Source: Octopus vulgaris | Taxonomy: Eukaryota | NCBI GenBank assembly: GCA_951406725.2 | Contig: OX597823.1 | Coordinates: forward strand, 81,964,001 to 82,028,000 | Direction of reading: 5' to 3' | Length of the DNA: 64,000 bases | Shown here: positions 36,190 to 50,779 of the stretch, in pieces | Layout of the letters: each line of letters starts with the position of its first letter | Position numbering within the stretch: position 1 is the first letter of the stretch | Made by a program: the position numbers and the translations under genes | Notes under the pieces: generated by a model | What the model saw: the letters and a program-made list of their open reading frames with translations, nothing else | Database searches by the model: none | Told to the model about the DNA's origin: nothing

Positions 36190-37683
36190 AGGGTTAAAAC
36201 TGAAAAAGTCATTTCACATAGGTATGTGGTGCGAAATGACAAAAGAACATGTAATGCCATTTCAGAAATTGTGGGAAATTCAGCTTTAGCTCCAATCCAG
36301 AATTCAGTCAAAGATTTTTTGTAAAATCAAGTTTCAAGTTTGAGTCACTCGATAGCTCAACGAATTCCTCTTGGGCTTTATACGGCTGATGATTAATATC
36401 ATCAATATTTATTGAAAATGGTTTCTGAATCCAAGATAACTTTTTGAAATTAAAATAGATTTGAAGTATTTGCGAAACTGTGTTTCTAGAGTATTTAAGT
36501 GGTTTATAATAATTGTTGCAATTAAATTTTTGTAATTATTCTTTTCAATTATAAAATCGTTGAAAACTGGAAACATTTCGAATGAATCATTCTCCACCCT
36601 ATTCTTCTAAATGTTGATCTTTTTAATAAAACCTCAATTTTATCATTCGAAGTAAATATATCACTTTTCTTTCCTTGAAGAAACAAGTTGAGATCGTTCA
36701 CTTTCTCAAAAAACATCTGACAAATAACATAAATTTCAAAGCCATAAGTCATTTTGAAAAAGAGCAGCAAGATCAGATTTTTGTTTGGTTAAAAACATAA
36801 TAATTTCGTTTTTTAACAACAATAATCTGTTTTAACTTCGCCATCTTGACAGCCACCTCACTTCTGTGTGTAATAATAAGTTTTTGTATTCTGAGTCCAT
36901 GTCTTTACAGAGATTTGAAAATAAATGGTTGTTAAGGGCACGGCTTTTAATAAAGTTTATAATTTTGATAACAACCCGAAGCACATCGTTTAATTCCAGT
37001 GCTAAAATTTTTGCTGCAAGGGCCTCTCAATGGATCATGTAGTGCATAAAAGTTACGTGATTATTAGCAGCAGCTTTAACAAACGATTTAAAGCCAATAT
37101 TTCCGCCCGTCATCGCTTTTGCCCCATCTGTGCATACTCCAATACTAATACAATTTTTCCATTCCAAACCTACAGTTTTAAAAATTCGTCAACTTTACTT
37201 TATTTGTATTTCCTTCTTGTATATTCTTCCAAATTATTCATTGAATTTTTCTTCATAAATGTATCTGAAGTATACTAACAATTGAGCCGTTTTTGAAATA
37301 TCAGTTGTTTCGTCCAACTGAATTGCGAATTTTGGGTTTTCTTTAAGAATAGTAATAAGTTGCTCAAACTGTTCGTTGCCAATTTCAGTATTTCTATAGG
37401 CGACAGTGTCGTTTGACAAAGGAATTTTCCGAATTTCATCACCATAGTTATTTCCGTGAAGTATTTCTACCATCTTCACAGTAGCAGGTAATAAAAGTTC
37501 TTTCCCAATGGTGTATGGCTTTTTATTTTTAACAATTAGATATGAAACTTCGTATGATACTAATAAGTATTTTTCGTTTATAGTCATAAATTTCTCATAA
37601 TTTTGTTTTTCTCTAGGAGAGTATTGTAGTTCGCTTGAAGCATTGTGTATTTTTTCTAAAATATAATGTGTCTTGAATGGCAC
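36190..37683 (-). mobile_element. Decayed hAT transposase (Buster/Charlie, ZBED5/SCAND3-like)
   Basis: KKPYTIGKELLLPA, IPLSNDTV, FAIQLDETTDIS..AQLLVYFRY, GVCTDGAKAMTG, LLLHTEVRWLSR, EKVNDLNLFLQG, TTYLCEMTFS; stops and frameshifts. Confidence 0.92.
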
Positions 37684-38061
37684 AACAATGTACTATAATA
37701 ACAACAATGGACTATAATAACTGTTATAATTTAATTATCCATAGTCTGATATAATAATAATATTTCAGAATGCAAAAATTCCTTCTTCAGATATCGCTAG
37801 TAATTGTTCAAGTCACTGCTTCAATCGGTTTTCCAACGGTTACTGAAAAAATTTTTTTTCGGAAGTGTTTCTGCAATGGTCTCACGAAGCTCCTTCCGGA
37901 ATTCTTCATGAGAAGTGCGTGAGCGCGGCCAAGTCTGAAGCTCGTGTGTGTTGGCACATCCACAGCGCTGCTTCTAAGTTATGTATTATATACATGCAGT
38001 TTCTTTTTTTCCCCTTCTTTTCTTTTAAAATACATACATGAGTATGCTATCAAAAATGAAC

Positions 38062-38105
<44 letters not shown>

Positions 38106-38398
38106 GTATGTATGCATGTATGCATGTGTGTGTGTGTGTGTCTGTGTGTGTGCGCGCGCGTGTTGTTTGTGTGTACTTGTAGTGAGAGAGAGAAGTCTGA
38201 TGATGACTTAAACTTCGAAGTCACTGTCAATACTCTTCCTTTTGAAGAATAAATGTGTACTCTACCAAATGTATTTTGTAATCCTTCAATTTAATGTAAA
38301 ATTGGTTTTATTTTAATATAAAGGTAAACATTAATACACACACAAACACTCACACATACAGACATATATATACATATGTCTCTAGCTATCTATCTATG

Positions 38399-38490
<92 letters not shown>

Positions 38491-38726
38491 CCTGTCTGTC
38501 TGTCCGCCTGTCTGCACATATAACCCCTCCGCCCACTCACATATACACTTTCTCTATTGTCACGTTATTCATTATTATGTTTTGGTACTATAAAGTGGAA
38601 GGTAGATATCTTCCGGGCAAAAAAATTTTGCAATTTTGTTTTGATTTGCAGGTATAGTTATTGCATTTCACCTAGACATTTATATCTCGGTACGAAACAT
38701 GTAACTGTACACAGACACAGGACATA

Positions 38727-38848
<122 letters not shown>

Positions 38849-38899
38849 GACACTCACACACAGACACACACACATACATGTAAATACTATATATAAACA

Positions 38900-39410
38900 C
38901 TAGCAGTATCGCCCGGCGTTGCTCGGGTTTGTAAGGGAAATAACTATATAAGTATTTTTAGAGAGTTACTTCCCTTATAGATGCCAATTCGGGCTTTCTT
39001 AGCCATTTCTGTTTTGGTGTCTTCAAGCCATGAAGTCGTTGTTCTAAAAGAACGCTGGTCTCCTTGACAACGCTTTACGACGTTGATTTCCTTACACTCC
39101 CTTCCCCACAGCTTCAGGAGGGAGGGAAGAAGTTTGAGAAGCAAAGAGGTGCAGGTGTGACCATGGACGCCAACTCCGCCGCCATCGACACACGAAAAAT
39201 TATACATTAAAATGGAATAAAAAATGATGTTAAACTATTTTTAAAATCGTAGACTCATCGTAGACGCGCGCTAATACTCAGACGGACTCGATATGAATCA
39301 CGACTATAAGATACCCGAATTTGGTTAAACTGCACCGCAAAATGTGGGAGTAGTTAGGAATCTAAATCGAAGGGGACAGATACTCACACAACTACAGTTT
39401 TATATAGATA
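38900..39410 (-). mobile_element. Non-autonomous Helitron, same ends as 12722-13118 with a different interior
   Basis: CTAGcagtatcgcccggcgttgctcggg at the left end; ...ttttatatataGA at the right end. Confidence 0.88.
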
Positions 39411-39443
39411 GATATGAGCGCCTATATGAATTTATATATATGT

Positions 39444-39478
<35 letters not shown>

Positions 39479-39493
39479 TATATATATATATGT

Positions 39494-39529
<36 letters not shown>

Positions 39530-39629
39530 CACACATATGTATATATATGTATATAATACACACATATATGTATATATATATGTATATATATATGTATATA
39601 TATATATATATATATATGAATCGATACGT

Positions 39630-39908
39630 GAAGGCGCATGGCTCAGTGCGTGTTGTGTTCTTGAGCAAGGCACTTTATTTCGCGTTGCTCCAGTTCACTC
39701 AGCTGTAGAAATGAGTTGCGACGTCACTGATGCCAAGCTGTATCGACCTTTGTCTTTCCCTTGGATAACACTGGTGGCGTGGAGAGGGGAGGCTGGTATG
39801 CATGGGCGACTGCTGGTCTTCCATAAACAACCTTGCCCGGACTTGTGTCTAGGAGGGTAACTTTCTAGGTGCAATCCCATGGTCTGTGTCGTGACCGAAG
39901 GGGGTCTC
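39630..39908 (+). mobile_element. SINE related to family D (head deleted internally, different tail)
   Basis: gaaggcgcatggctcagtg..cttgagcaaggcactttatttc..ttcactcagctg shared with 46872-47120. Confidence 0.75.
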
Positions 39909-40100
39909 CTCTCTCTCCGATACGTAAATATAGATATGTGTGTATCTATATATCTGTCTGTTGTTTATCTCTGTGTCTGTGTCTATCTGGCCATCCATCC
40001 ATTCACCTACCTGCCTGCCTGCCTACCTACCTACCTACCTACCAACCTACCTCCTACCTACCTACCTACCTACCTACCTACCTACCTACCTACCCACCCT

Positions 40101-40153
<53 letters not shown>

Positions 40154-40191
40154 AAAACAAATGATATATATATATTATATTATATTATATA

Positions 40192-42392
40192 CTAGTAGTA
40201 GCCACTCGATACTATTTCCTCATTTGATTCCCAGTTCTAATAATTTTTATGATATTTTACATCTAATTATCTTTGTATAATAATGCTCACTTGCTTAGTA
40301 AATATTGCTTTCATTATTTTATCAGTCATAATGTCTTTTTTTAGAGTCAATCTGTTATATATATTTATCATTAATAATTGGTAGAACATACATAGGTATG
40401 CATAGATAGATAGATAAATCGAAAGATTGAAAGATAGATAGATGGATGGATGGAGGGATGCACATACAAATGTCTGATGCTGTGAGAACACATGGGAATG
40501 ATGTTTCCTTACTTTTTCAAATATACCCAAATGTAAAATGTAATATAAAGATATAATTTATTCGGCATGTGTTGAAATATGCCGAAACAATTTAATTCCA
40601 TACAAATATATGTTACTTTACATATAATTTATGTGTTAATTCTATTTACTAAAACTTGCTAAAAACCCTATTTTGCTTTAAAGTAGTATCTCCTTGTAGA
40701 AACAATTGTCAGTAATCATACTGTTTCCATTTCTCTTAGCCAATGTTTTTACATTAGCTTTCTTTCAAACTCTAGATAATGCAACATGTGAGAAGAATTG
40801 TGTGGGAAGATATATTCTAATTTGTTCAAAAGTCTGTCTCTGTGTCTTGTTGCATGTCAAGGCAAAAGCTGGCTTGACAGGAAATTGTTTGCATGTAAAT
40901 GTAAATGTAAATTCCATTTCTTGAGATACATGTGGTATTCTTGGGATTAGCATAGTTGATCCTACATAAGGACCAGAAGCAACCATAGCCTCAGTATCAT
41001 GGTCATGTAAACTGACATTGATGTAGCCGCGTGCCATTGCAATGTCCATTAGTAGCAACTAAATTTCTCAGAAGCATTAGGCATAGTTTTTCTTCAGTTT
41101 GAGAATGTATGGAGGAAACCCTGATGGTATAAGTTTGTTGATGAACTCGATTGGGTACAGAGTTTCATTATCAACTGTATCTGAGCTTCTGTATATTTTT
41201 AGCTCACCAGGGGATCCTGGTCAACAGAAAATCATTCACAAATTGTGCTGCTTCATTTGTTGGAGTAACAATGGTTCTATTTACAAGCCACACAGGATTT
41301 CTGAAGTTATTTTTGAGGTCAGCATATACAAAATCACATAGATCTCAAAGAGTACCAGTTTCAAGACAAGGGTCATTGGGTAGTTTGATTTTGAATTCAC
41401 CTAAGATTTGTTCAACAGAAATGTTACCCTTTTCTAAATCAATAAAGTAATTAGCAAACTCTTTCATTAGAATGACCTGTAACAAGTCTTAGATTGGTTG
41501 TCAACTCCAATTCTTCCACATGGTCGCAAAGAAAAGATCTCTTTAGTGTAGTGTTGCATCAACAATTTGTGGTCTGACACCATTATTTTGAAGTAGAATA
41601 TTCTCCTCTCGAGATACCCAAACCAGTCGGTCATGTGTAGCGGAAATAGAATCATGTTTACGTCTCTGTGCATATTCAGGCATCTCTTTCAGTCGCTTTG
41701 CCCTGGTTTCATCTGATTCAGTCGCCTGTCTTTCTCTTTGCCGTTATTCCTTTGCTGATAAATTTTCTTTTTCAGTTGCATATTACATATAAATGAAAGC
41801 TTATTAAAAACTATCTTGTTTAGCGTGCTAGAAATAGCAACGATCACAGTTATTATTATAAGGCTTATAGCGTTCCAAGTAGCCATACCAACAAAATTAC
41901 TTCTTTATTTAAAAAAATTCATACCAGTATATTAAAAAATTTTCATTTTATCAAAAATATTCATTTAACAAACTCCGGAAACGGATAATATTCATGAAAT
42001 TGTGTATCGTATCAAAGTTATATAGATATTATTAAATTATCATTAACGAAAATAGAGGCGAGAGAGAATGAGAGACTGTTGCAAATAAAATGTTACTTGC
42101 AACGAATTAATAGTGTTTATTATTAAACATTAAAATCTACACCGCAGTGAATGCAATGAATATTTAAATTTATGAAGAATTGAACGCAGTGAAGGCAATG
42201 AATATTTAAGTTTACGAGAATTTGGAGTTAAAATTCAATAAACTCCAGAAATCGAAATTATAGGCAATTTATTAGAATATGAATTTATAAAAATATTTCC
42301 AGACGGTCAGCTTTTAATATTGGTTTTTTTTAGTACTTTTAATAATCGTTTCAGACCTAATTAATAAACAGCTTTCTCTATTATAATATAGA
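40192..42392 (-). mobile_element. Internally deleted Helitron with Pif1-helicase remnant
   Basis: IPRIP..QFPVKPAFALTCNKTQRQT..FSHVALSRV, WLVNRTIVTPTNE, YPIEFINKLIPSGFPP; CTAG at 40192; TCTATATTATAATAG 5' end at 42392. Confidence 0.85.
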
Positions 42393-42943
42393 TATCACGT
42401 AAATATATATAAGTACTTTTACTTAAATAACGAACCGCGAGAGGTCCCTTATTACCTCCTTGTTTTTCTTTTTCTTTTTTCTTTTTTCTTTCTTTTCTTT
42501 ATTCCTCTCTTCCTGTTTTTTCTTTTTCTTCTCTTTTTTTTCTCTTTTCTTTATTCCTCTTTTCCTGTTTTCGATTTGACCTTACAAATACATTCCCTAA
42601 TTTTAGGTCACTTTCAATAAAATCCCCGATTCAATAGCACTATGTACAAACTCTAAACTTGGAATGACCAATTTTAGATACTATTGGATTTTACTCACAA
42701 GATATTGGAATCTTATATATATACCATTCTGCCTAATTAATGGATCTACAAATGCAATATCCCTGCATATCTCACATCTATTTTCATTCCTCCACTTCAC
42801 TCCCTATTACGTATCTTATCTAAATTAACTATTGCTTAACTATTTTCTCACACCGTCCCCGATGAATATCCTGGAAACAGCTGTAAGGCCTTCTCTTTAT
42901 AGATGTTCTAGAATCTTCACAGCCTTTGTTTTTAATCGCATTC

Positions 42944-42992
<49 letters not shown>

Positions 42993-43475
42993 AATGCTAT
43001 GATGCTATGATGCTATGGTGTTTCCATTATTTTATCCAGCCCTGTATAGTAATAATAGTAATAACAATAATAATCCTTGGATGGAATTTATAAATATTTG
43101 AATGCATCTCGACGCGCGTTTCCACAAATCACATGTTACTTACGATTATAGTCCATATTTCTTGGATGATTACAGTACAGTCCATAGTGTTCATGGACAT
43201 CGGGTGGATCATATTCATGCGTTCATTTCCTCAGGAGATATGGCATTAAGGTTGGAAGCAGCGAATGCATAACTGAAGGTTGTTTATCAATTTTGACCAG
43301 TGAAAAGGTTGATTGGGGTATGTGGTCAGTTCTGTGTGTATTTGATGGGGGAAGGGGAGGAGAAAGTACTGAAAAGAGAGAAAGGAATTGTGATTATGAA
43401 GGAAGTTACACTTATTTTGATATTTGAGTATGCAGATATCAGGATTGGTTTGGAAAGATGTTTGACAAGTCGCTG

Positions 43476-44590
43476 TCAGAGAGAAGCAATGTCACCAACA
43501 TTGTGCAGCAAGCAGAGGAATGGCTGATGAATAGATCAGGACTTCCAGGAAAGTTCAGGGCATGGTTCTACCAGCACGAATTGCTCCCAAGACTCATTTG
43601 GTTGTTGACGCTGTATGATATTCTGATGACAAGTGTGGAAAGGGTGGAGAGGAAGATAAATAAATACTTCCGAAGATGGCTAGGTGTTCCCCCAAGCTTC
43701 ATTTCAATAGGTCTGTACATAAAATCGGGACTGCTACAACTTCCCCTGTCATCTGTAGTGGAGAATTTAAAGACCAGCTGTGTAGATTTTGTGGAGAAAG
43801 GGGCACTCTGGCTCACATCTTGGCTGGGTGCAGAATAGCACTTTCTCAGGGCAGATATAAATGACATCATGATAGGGTGCTTGCAACACTTGCTCACATC
43901 CTGGAGGAGGAAGGATGCAAGAAACATCATCACCAAGGGAAGGCAACTGCAGCAATTAAGTTCGTGAAAGAGGGAGAGAGACCAGTAAAGTAAACAATAC
44001 ATAGCTTGCTGCAAGGATCTTAACCATGGGATATGAAGAGGACTTAGGGGAGAGACTGAAGTTTCCCCAGGTTGTCCATACAACCCTGAAGCCAGATGTG
44101 GTCCGGTGGTCTGAAAAGGCCAAGAAAATTATCGTAATTGAACTAAGTCTTGTGGGAAGAGGGGGTGTGATGAGGCCCGTGAATGGAAGCGTACCAGATA
44201 TGAGAGCCTTCTGCAAGATTGCCGGGAGAAGGGATGGCAGGTATGGCTTTCCCAGTCGAGGTTGGCTGTAGGGGATTCCCCCGCCCAATCGCCAATTACA
44301 ATGAGAATTAGAATTACAGGAATTAGAATGAGAGGTAAGGAGCGAAGAGTGGTTACGTGCAGGATGGGAGAAGTAGCAGAAAGAACTTCTTGTTGGCTTT
44401 GAAGCAAGAGAGAAGAGTTAAGCTGGGACCCAGGAAGAGATGAGGAGCAGTGACTTGGCCACCCCCGCTGACCCACCAACGAGAGGGTGTTACGGTTCAA
44501 GGTCGAAACACCCGATGAACGTTGGATACCGTCTGACGATATCAGTTCCTTTTGGCCAAGGCCACATTCACTTTGGTGAGTGGATAAAAC
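43476..44590 (+). mobile_element. Hero-like (RLE-type) non-LTR retrotransposon 3' fragment
   Basis: SGLPGKFRAWFYQHELLPRLIW..RRWLGVP; CRFC..GTLAHILAGC..SQGRY..HDRVL (CCHC plus RHD-type motif); LKPDVV..IVIEL; PVEVGCRGFP; 3' UTR containing cgaaacacccgatga. Confidence 0.85.
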
Positions 44591-44643
44591 ATCTCCTTAT
44601 AGGTATATTTAATGCGCACGCACGCACACACACACACACACAC

Positions 44644-44712
<69 letters not shown>

Positions 44713-44948
44713 ATTTCTGTTTAGCGAATTTATATTTTCTGCTGACGAAAGAAGAATCCTTTTGGATTAATTCCGAAATCAGTCCGATACAGAGATAATG
44801 AATAAAAGAAAAATCTGTTAGCTTGCTTTCCTCAATTCAACACACTGTGTATTTATAGTGACATATATTGTATGTGGTGATTGACGATTTAAAGTCTATT
44901 TCTCAGCATATTGGCATAAAAAAATTTTCTTTTGCCCTTATTTATAAT

Positions 44949-44994
<46 letters not shown>

Positions 44995-45007
44995 CATATA
45001 TACATAC

Positions 45008-45038
<31 letters not shown>

Positions 45039-45052
45039 CATATATATGTATG

Positions 45053-45133
<81 letters not shown>

Positions 45134-46584
45134 TTGTATGAATATATAAACACTCACATATACAACACGTATACATATATGTATGTATGTATGTATGTAC
45201 GTTTGTGCATATATACCTTACTGACGGTTTGACACATTGATTAAATACAATGCATTATAAAAATCATCATCTGTGACGAGTTAGTTCCCACGAGGTGTGA
45301 CCTTCGTTACCATGGCAATACAAAAATTAGTGACAAAGTTTAAGACAACTTTGTTTGTGCAGTTCTATGAACTGTTTAGGTGACCACCTATTAGCAAACC
45401 ATATCTAAATCAAGTCTTTAAGTCTATTGTAGATCTTTGCATTTTGTCCAGCTCTCAATGGATTCTTAAATTCATCGCCCAAATAAATATTCCTAATATT
45501 GGTACAAGGTTTGCACATTTTTGTAGAAAGAATAGCTCATCAAATCTAATTTCACTACTTGAAGGCTATTAATTTTAAATGGAAAGAATTTTTTATTATG
45601 CCAATAATAAACACGTGCATTAATTCTGTAAACCTGTAGTAGAGAGGATATGTCATTGAAGAGGTCACTAATATCGACGAAAGGGCTTTGACAAATCTGA
45701 TTGTTTGAGTGATTGATTGATTGATTGATTGAACGAACGATTAACCGAATAATCAATTAATTAATTGATTAAACAGTTAACCAATTGACATTTGGCAAAT
45801 AAATAACAAAGAAGTGAAATAGAACCAGTGCGTGTGTTTATTATTGGAATAATGACCCGCTCAAGCTACAACATAATGTTTCACTATACAAGTTCACATC
45901 AAGACTGTCGCAAACCAATTAGCTTCCACATTTATATTTCAACGGACACTAAATTTATCAACGCCCTAAAGGTCATTGGTGTAGCATAGAATATGCAACG
46001 TGTGAGGAGCGTACAGGGGTGCAGGGCATTCTATATAGGTGTCATTGTCGTATTCGAAAGTACGTCACGGTTTATGGTAGGGTTCAGTTAATTTGGTTAG
46101 TGCAAAGGGCGGTCAAACCACTAGCAACGCCACTGGCAAGGATCAGAAGAAATGCAAACCTCAATAATATTTAGACTCAGAATGTAAAAGGTAAAGGGGG
46201 TTTATGAAATTCCCCAATGTTCATAATGGGGCGTTCTATCGGTTCTACTGTTATAATCGAAACACCTTCAGCTATAACTCTTTCTAATTTTGTCAGAAAG
46301 CCATTATTTTTAAGAAGAGGATAAGTCGATTACATTGGCCTAAATGATCAACTGGTACTTATGTTATCGATCTCGAAAAGATGTATGGCAGTGTTGCCTT
46401 TGACAAAATTTGATGCAGATTCTCTGCTCAACTTTCTCTGTCATGGTCAGTGCGACGATTACAAGCTACACACCTTCTTTCCAAGCACTGCTGTAAACAG
46501 TGGAAGTCTTGAGCAACTTTTGAATCCAGAACGTAAAGAACAGGCGGAGAAATCAGTTTCAAATTTTAGCACAAGACCAGCATT

Positions 46585-46767
46585 TCGAGGGAGAAGGTAC
46601 ATTGATTTTATCGACCCCAGTATTCAGCTGTACTTATTTTATCGGTCCCGAAATGATGAATAGTAAAGGTGACCTTGGTGGAATTTGAACTCAGAACGTA
46701 AAGGCGGACGAAAATGCCGCTAAGCATTTTATCAGGCGTGCTAACGATTCTGCCAACTCGCTACCTT
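46585..46767 (-). mobile_element. SINE family B, diverged
   Basis: atcgaccccagt..gaatttgaactcagaacgta..gctaacgattctgccaactcgc. Confidence 0.8.
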
Positions 46768-46871
46768 TACAGCCTCAATAATGAGGATTCCTTACTTAGG
46801 CAGGGGGGCCCAAATTCCCCATTATTTTATACGAATAATGCTGTTATTTTATGAAAAATACCAATATTAGA

Positions 46872-47120
46872 GAAGGCGTGTGGTTGAGTGGTTAAGGTAT
46901 TCAATTCCCAATCGTAAGATCGTGAGTTCGATTTCCAGCGGAGCGTTGTGACTTTGAGCAAGACACTTTATTTCACATTGCCCTAGTCAACTCAGCTGGC
47001 ATAAAAGAGTTGTACCTATATTTCTAAGGGCCAGCTTTGTTGCGTTAACTTCACGAGCATGCTGTTCCGTTGATCGGATGAACTGGAACCCTCGTCGTCG
47101 CAACCGACGGAGTACCAGTA
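46872..47120 (+). mobile_element. SINE family D
   Basis: tRNA-like head with A box and GAGTTCGATT B box; tail gcaaccgacggagtaccagt shared with 63585-63893. Confidence 0.8.
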
Positions 47121-47919
47121 TCATTGTTAGTGTTTTCTTTCATAAAAGCAATTTTCCAATATTTATAATGTTTTACTCTATTAATAACCGTGCAGGTCAA
47201 TTTAACCTAGCAAGTAGTTAAAATTCGTCAGACTGTGTATGCACGTTTGTAAGAGAGAGCGAGACAGAGAGAGAGAGAGAAGGGGGGAGAAAGAGGAGGA
47301 GGAGGAGAAAGACAATGTACGTCAGCTGTTGCCTGTTTGTACTTAACTGTCTTTGTCTGTGTATTTGAGTCGACACCTACCAGCCGTGTTCTAACTCACT
47401 CGGCTATCAAATCAACAACTGCACGCTATGCGATTGAAAAAACACTGGAAACTACATTTCGATCTACGCAGCAGCAGATGGAATTCACAATTATCAGCTT
47501 GTCTTTGTCTTTCTCTGTTTGCATGTTTCCATAAACTTTGAATTATAAACAAGTCTAAATTTAATTCCCAGTTGATAAGGATTTTAATATTTTTTATTTT
47601 AATTTTCGTTTTTTTTTTTTATTTTGCGATTTAGTTTCAATATTTATTACTAAACAATGAAATGGAGTGTTGTGGGAGCCAGCTGCTACGTAAAACCTTT
47701 TGAATCTATTATTGAATGAAAACTGTTTTATTATTTTTTTTATCTTATTTTTCAAAATTTGGCTGTGTGGTTAAAAACTCGCTTTGCAACCGCATGGTTT
47801 TGGGTTCAATCCCACACCCCGGTAGTTTGGATAAATATCTTCTGCTACAATTCCGGGCCAACTAATGCGTTGTGTCAATCTAGTACACGGACACTGTGGA
47901 ATATATATATACTTATATA

Positions 47920-48266
47920 AATTTAGATATGTTTCGACCAAAGATTAATCCAGGCCATGTCTAACTTAATAGCACCACCTGATAGTATTATCTAAATCCT
48001 GTTTAAGTCAAGTTTTGTTTATGGTCCATTCAAGTAGTGAGTTGTATCCAGGTATGGGTGGCTTATCCGGTATTCCTTGAAGAAATCTGTCCAGACTCCG
48101 TTTAAAGGTGATGGGATCCTTTTCCTTTTTGATTTCTTTCGGAACAATTTTAAACAGGGTAGGGCCTTTGAGGAAAAGAAATTATGCTGCAGTGTACCTA
48201 TATGCTGTGATCTTGAATTGGGCAGGGGACGTATGGTCCGTGGTCCCAGCCTTGGATGAACCTTGA

Positions 48267-48270
<4 letters not shown>
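47920..48270 (-). mobile_element. 3' end of a CR1/L2-group LINE
   Basis: Minus-strand reading KGPTLFKIVPKEIK..FKRSLDRFLQGIPDKPPIPGYNSL, then a short 3' UTR. Confidence 0.7.
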
Positions 48271-48319
<49 letters not shown>

Positions 48320-48321
<2 letters not shown>

Positions 48322-48491
48322 GTTGAAATTTATAGAAAGACGAAGACAGGTGTATGAACAACAAACAAGTGTATTAGTTTGACGCTCGGGAAAATGAAAA
48401 TCTCTTTTATGTTTCGAGGCTACGCTCTTCAACAGAAAGGAATGAGAGAAAATTAAAAAAAAAACTTGTAGAGTTAGCGGTCAAGCATGGC

Positions 48492-48493
<2 letters not shown>
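48320..48493 (-). mobile_element. (TA)n-embedded variant-hammerhead element
   Basis: Reverse complement of 48404-48439 reads cttt-CTGTTGA-A-GAG cgtagc CTC-GAAA-CA-TA-aaag; colinear with 11024-11215. Confidence 0.7.
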
Positions 48494-48541
<48 letters not shown>

Positions 48542-50651
48542 TATGTCACAGATATATACATACACACACATATATGTATGTCTTCATGTTTGTTTCCCAC
48601 CGTTTGATCACCGGTTTTTACTTGTTTACGCTCCCTAACTGACTGAATAAGTATCAGGCTTTAAAAATAAGTCCTGGGATCGATTTGTTCGACTAAATCC
48701 TTCAAGGCGATGACCCTGCACGGCCTCAGTTCAATGATTGAAACAAGTAAAAGATAAGATAAAATATAAACCAATAGAAGCCTGGCACCTGTAATAACAT
48801 CCTCTTATGTTACATATTAAAATCACGAGTCAGCTTCGTTTTTCATCTACTTCTGGATCTATAAAATAAGTAGCAGTAATTATTGTTGTTATTTAGTGGC
48901 CGAAGTCAGGCCTGGTAGAGCAGATCTATGAATGATCAGAGGCCTTCTTGGCGTGGCAATCACGTCAGTTTGTTTATCTTGTACTAAACGGTCCTATGTT
49001 TTCTTTCCCTTCCTCAAACGTGAGAGGTAGTTGTTCTGAAACGTTGCATCATGGCATTAGAGCGTGAAATCTGGGCATTTATATGTGTTGCAATTTAAAA
49101 AAAATATAAATTTAAGGCTATAGAAAATCTATACTAGTTTCAAACTTTGGCATAATACCAGCAATTTTTTTGGGCGGGATAAGTTAATTATATCGGCAAT
49201 AATACTTGTATGGTACTTTATTTTATTGTTTACGAAGGAGGCAAAGTCGACCTCGGCGAAATTTGACTTCAGAACAAAGAGCAGAAAATCTATATTAACC
49301 CATAAAACGCTGGGATTTGCACTTACATAGCATGGACTGCTGAACACATTTTATGAAAATGAGACTACCATACCCACACAAAAAACAAAAAAAATAGTAA
49401 AAATATCTTCTTAGTTTTTATGGTGGCAAGTTTTAGATCATCTGAAAAGTCATTAGTTGAACTATTAGTCCTCTTGCATTCCGGAGGGTTTCAGAGCGTT
49501 TGAGTAACATTTGACCCCAACAAACGTCCATAAATTAAATGCATCTATCTGGGCCACGATAGTGGCCCGTAGTGCTCTATGTGTTAACGCTTAAGCGTTT
49601 TGAGAAATAAAAAAATAAAAACAGAATGCTTTTCGGTATTTGTTTCCACTCTCTGAGCTACGAGTTCAAATACCACCGAAACTAACTTTGCCATTCAACC
49701 TTTCGTGGTCAACTAAAAAATATCAATCCAAGACTATATTTTTGGCCGATCTGTAGGAACGTGGGGCTTTATTATGCTTTGGGGCTATTTGTTTCGTCTC
49801 TTTGCATTCTGTGTTCAAACCCTGTTGAAGTCAGTTTTGTCATTCAGCCTTTCGAGGTCAATAAAAGGTACCAATCTAAGAAAATAGATCGGCAGAACAG
49901 TAAGAATGTTGGACCTTATGCTTTGCAGTATTTGTTCCGGTTCTTTGCGTTCTGAGTTCAAATCCCGCCATGGACTACATAGGTGGTAAACTTAACCTGT
50001 CACCCAGTTTAATACTACCAGCTAGTACATTGGTGGAGTCCACAGTATTGTCAGCATTTGGGCCAGGTTTTATACTTGAGGTTACCTTCCTCCCTTCACA
50101 AAATAGGAGGTTGTGAATTGATGAATTATCGGACAAAATACTCTGTGTTTAGTTACGTGCCTACAATTTAACTTTCTGATTTTAATTCCCACCGAAGTTG
50201 TCTTTCTACTTTCTACTTCCGGTGTTCGAAAAACATAAAGTCTCGGCCAAGTACTAGGTTGTGCTAAGTAAACCATTTCTCCCCCCCCCCCGCCAAATGT
50301 GTGGCTTTGTGCCTATGTAAAGAAATCATTGTGGTACGTCATAGCAATACAGGGTATTTCATAGCAGTGAAATACGGTGCATCATTGTCATCAGTCTCAC
50401 CCATCCACCAAAGAAGACGAAGGAAAAAAAGAACTAAAAATACTACAGAAGACAAAAATAAAATGAAAAAAATAGAAAAAGAAAGACTGCTTATATCAAA
50501 ACTTTTTACATTTGTTTGCCCAACTGAGTCGTCGTTTGATTATCTGCTCTGTTATCAAATAAAGAATTGAAGCATGGTGCCCAAATGTTTTATGAATGCT
50601 GAATAAACCAAAAAGATAAAAAAGAAAAAAAGAAATAAGCACTAAAAATAA

Positions 50652-50777
50652 CTATTTCTTTATTACCCACAAGGGGCTAAACACAGAGGGGACAAACAAG
50701 GACAGACATAGGTATTAAGTCGATTACATCGACCCGAGTGCGTAACTGGTACTTAATTTATCGACCCCGAAAGGATG
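50652..50777 (-). mobile_element. SINE family B 3' fragment
   Basis: tatttctttattacccacaaggggctaaacac..cgaccccgaaaggatga. Confidence 0.88.
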
Positions 50778-50779
50778 AC

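Noticed and set aside
37234-37683. Domesticated ZBED5/SCAND3-like gene
   Set aside because: Surrounding frames carry stops and frameshifts, so it is a dead transposase.
44480-44545. GAAA...CTGACGA as a type II hammerhead in the Hero-like 3' UTR
   Set aside because: I could not form stems I-III convincingly.
47920-47970. ggtcGAAAcatatc on minus as a hammerhead
   Set aside because: There is no CTGANGA core, and it is the 3' UTR stem-loop of the LINE fragment.
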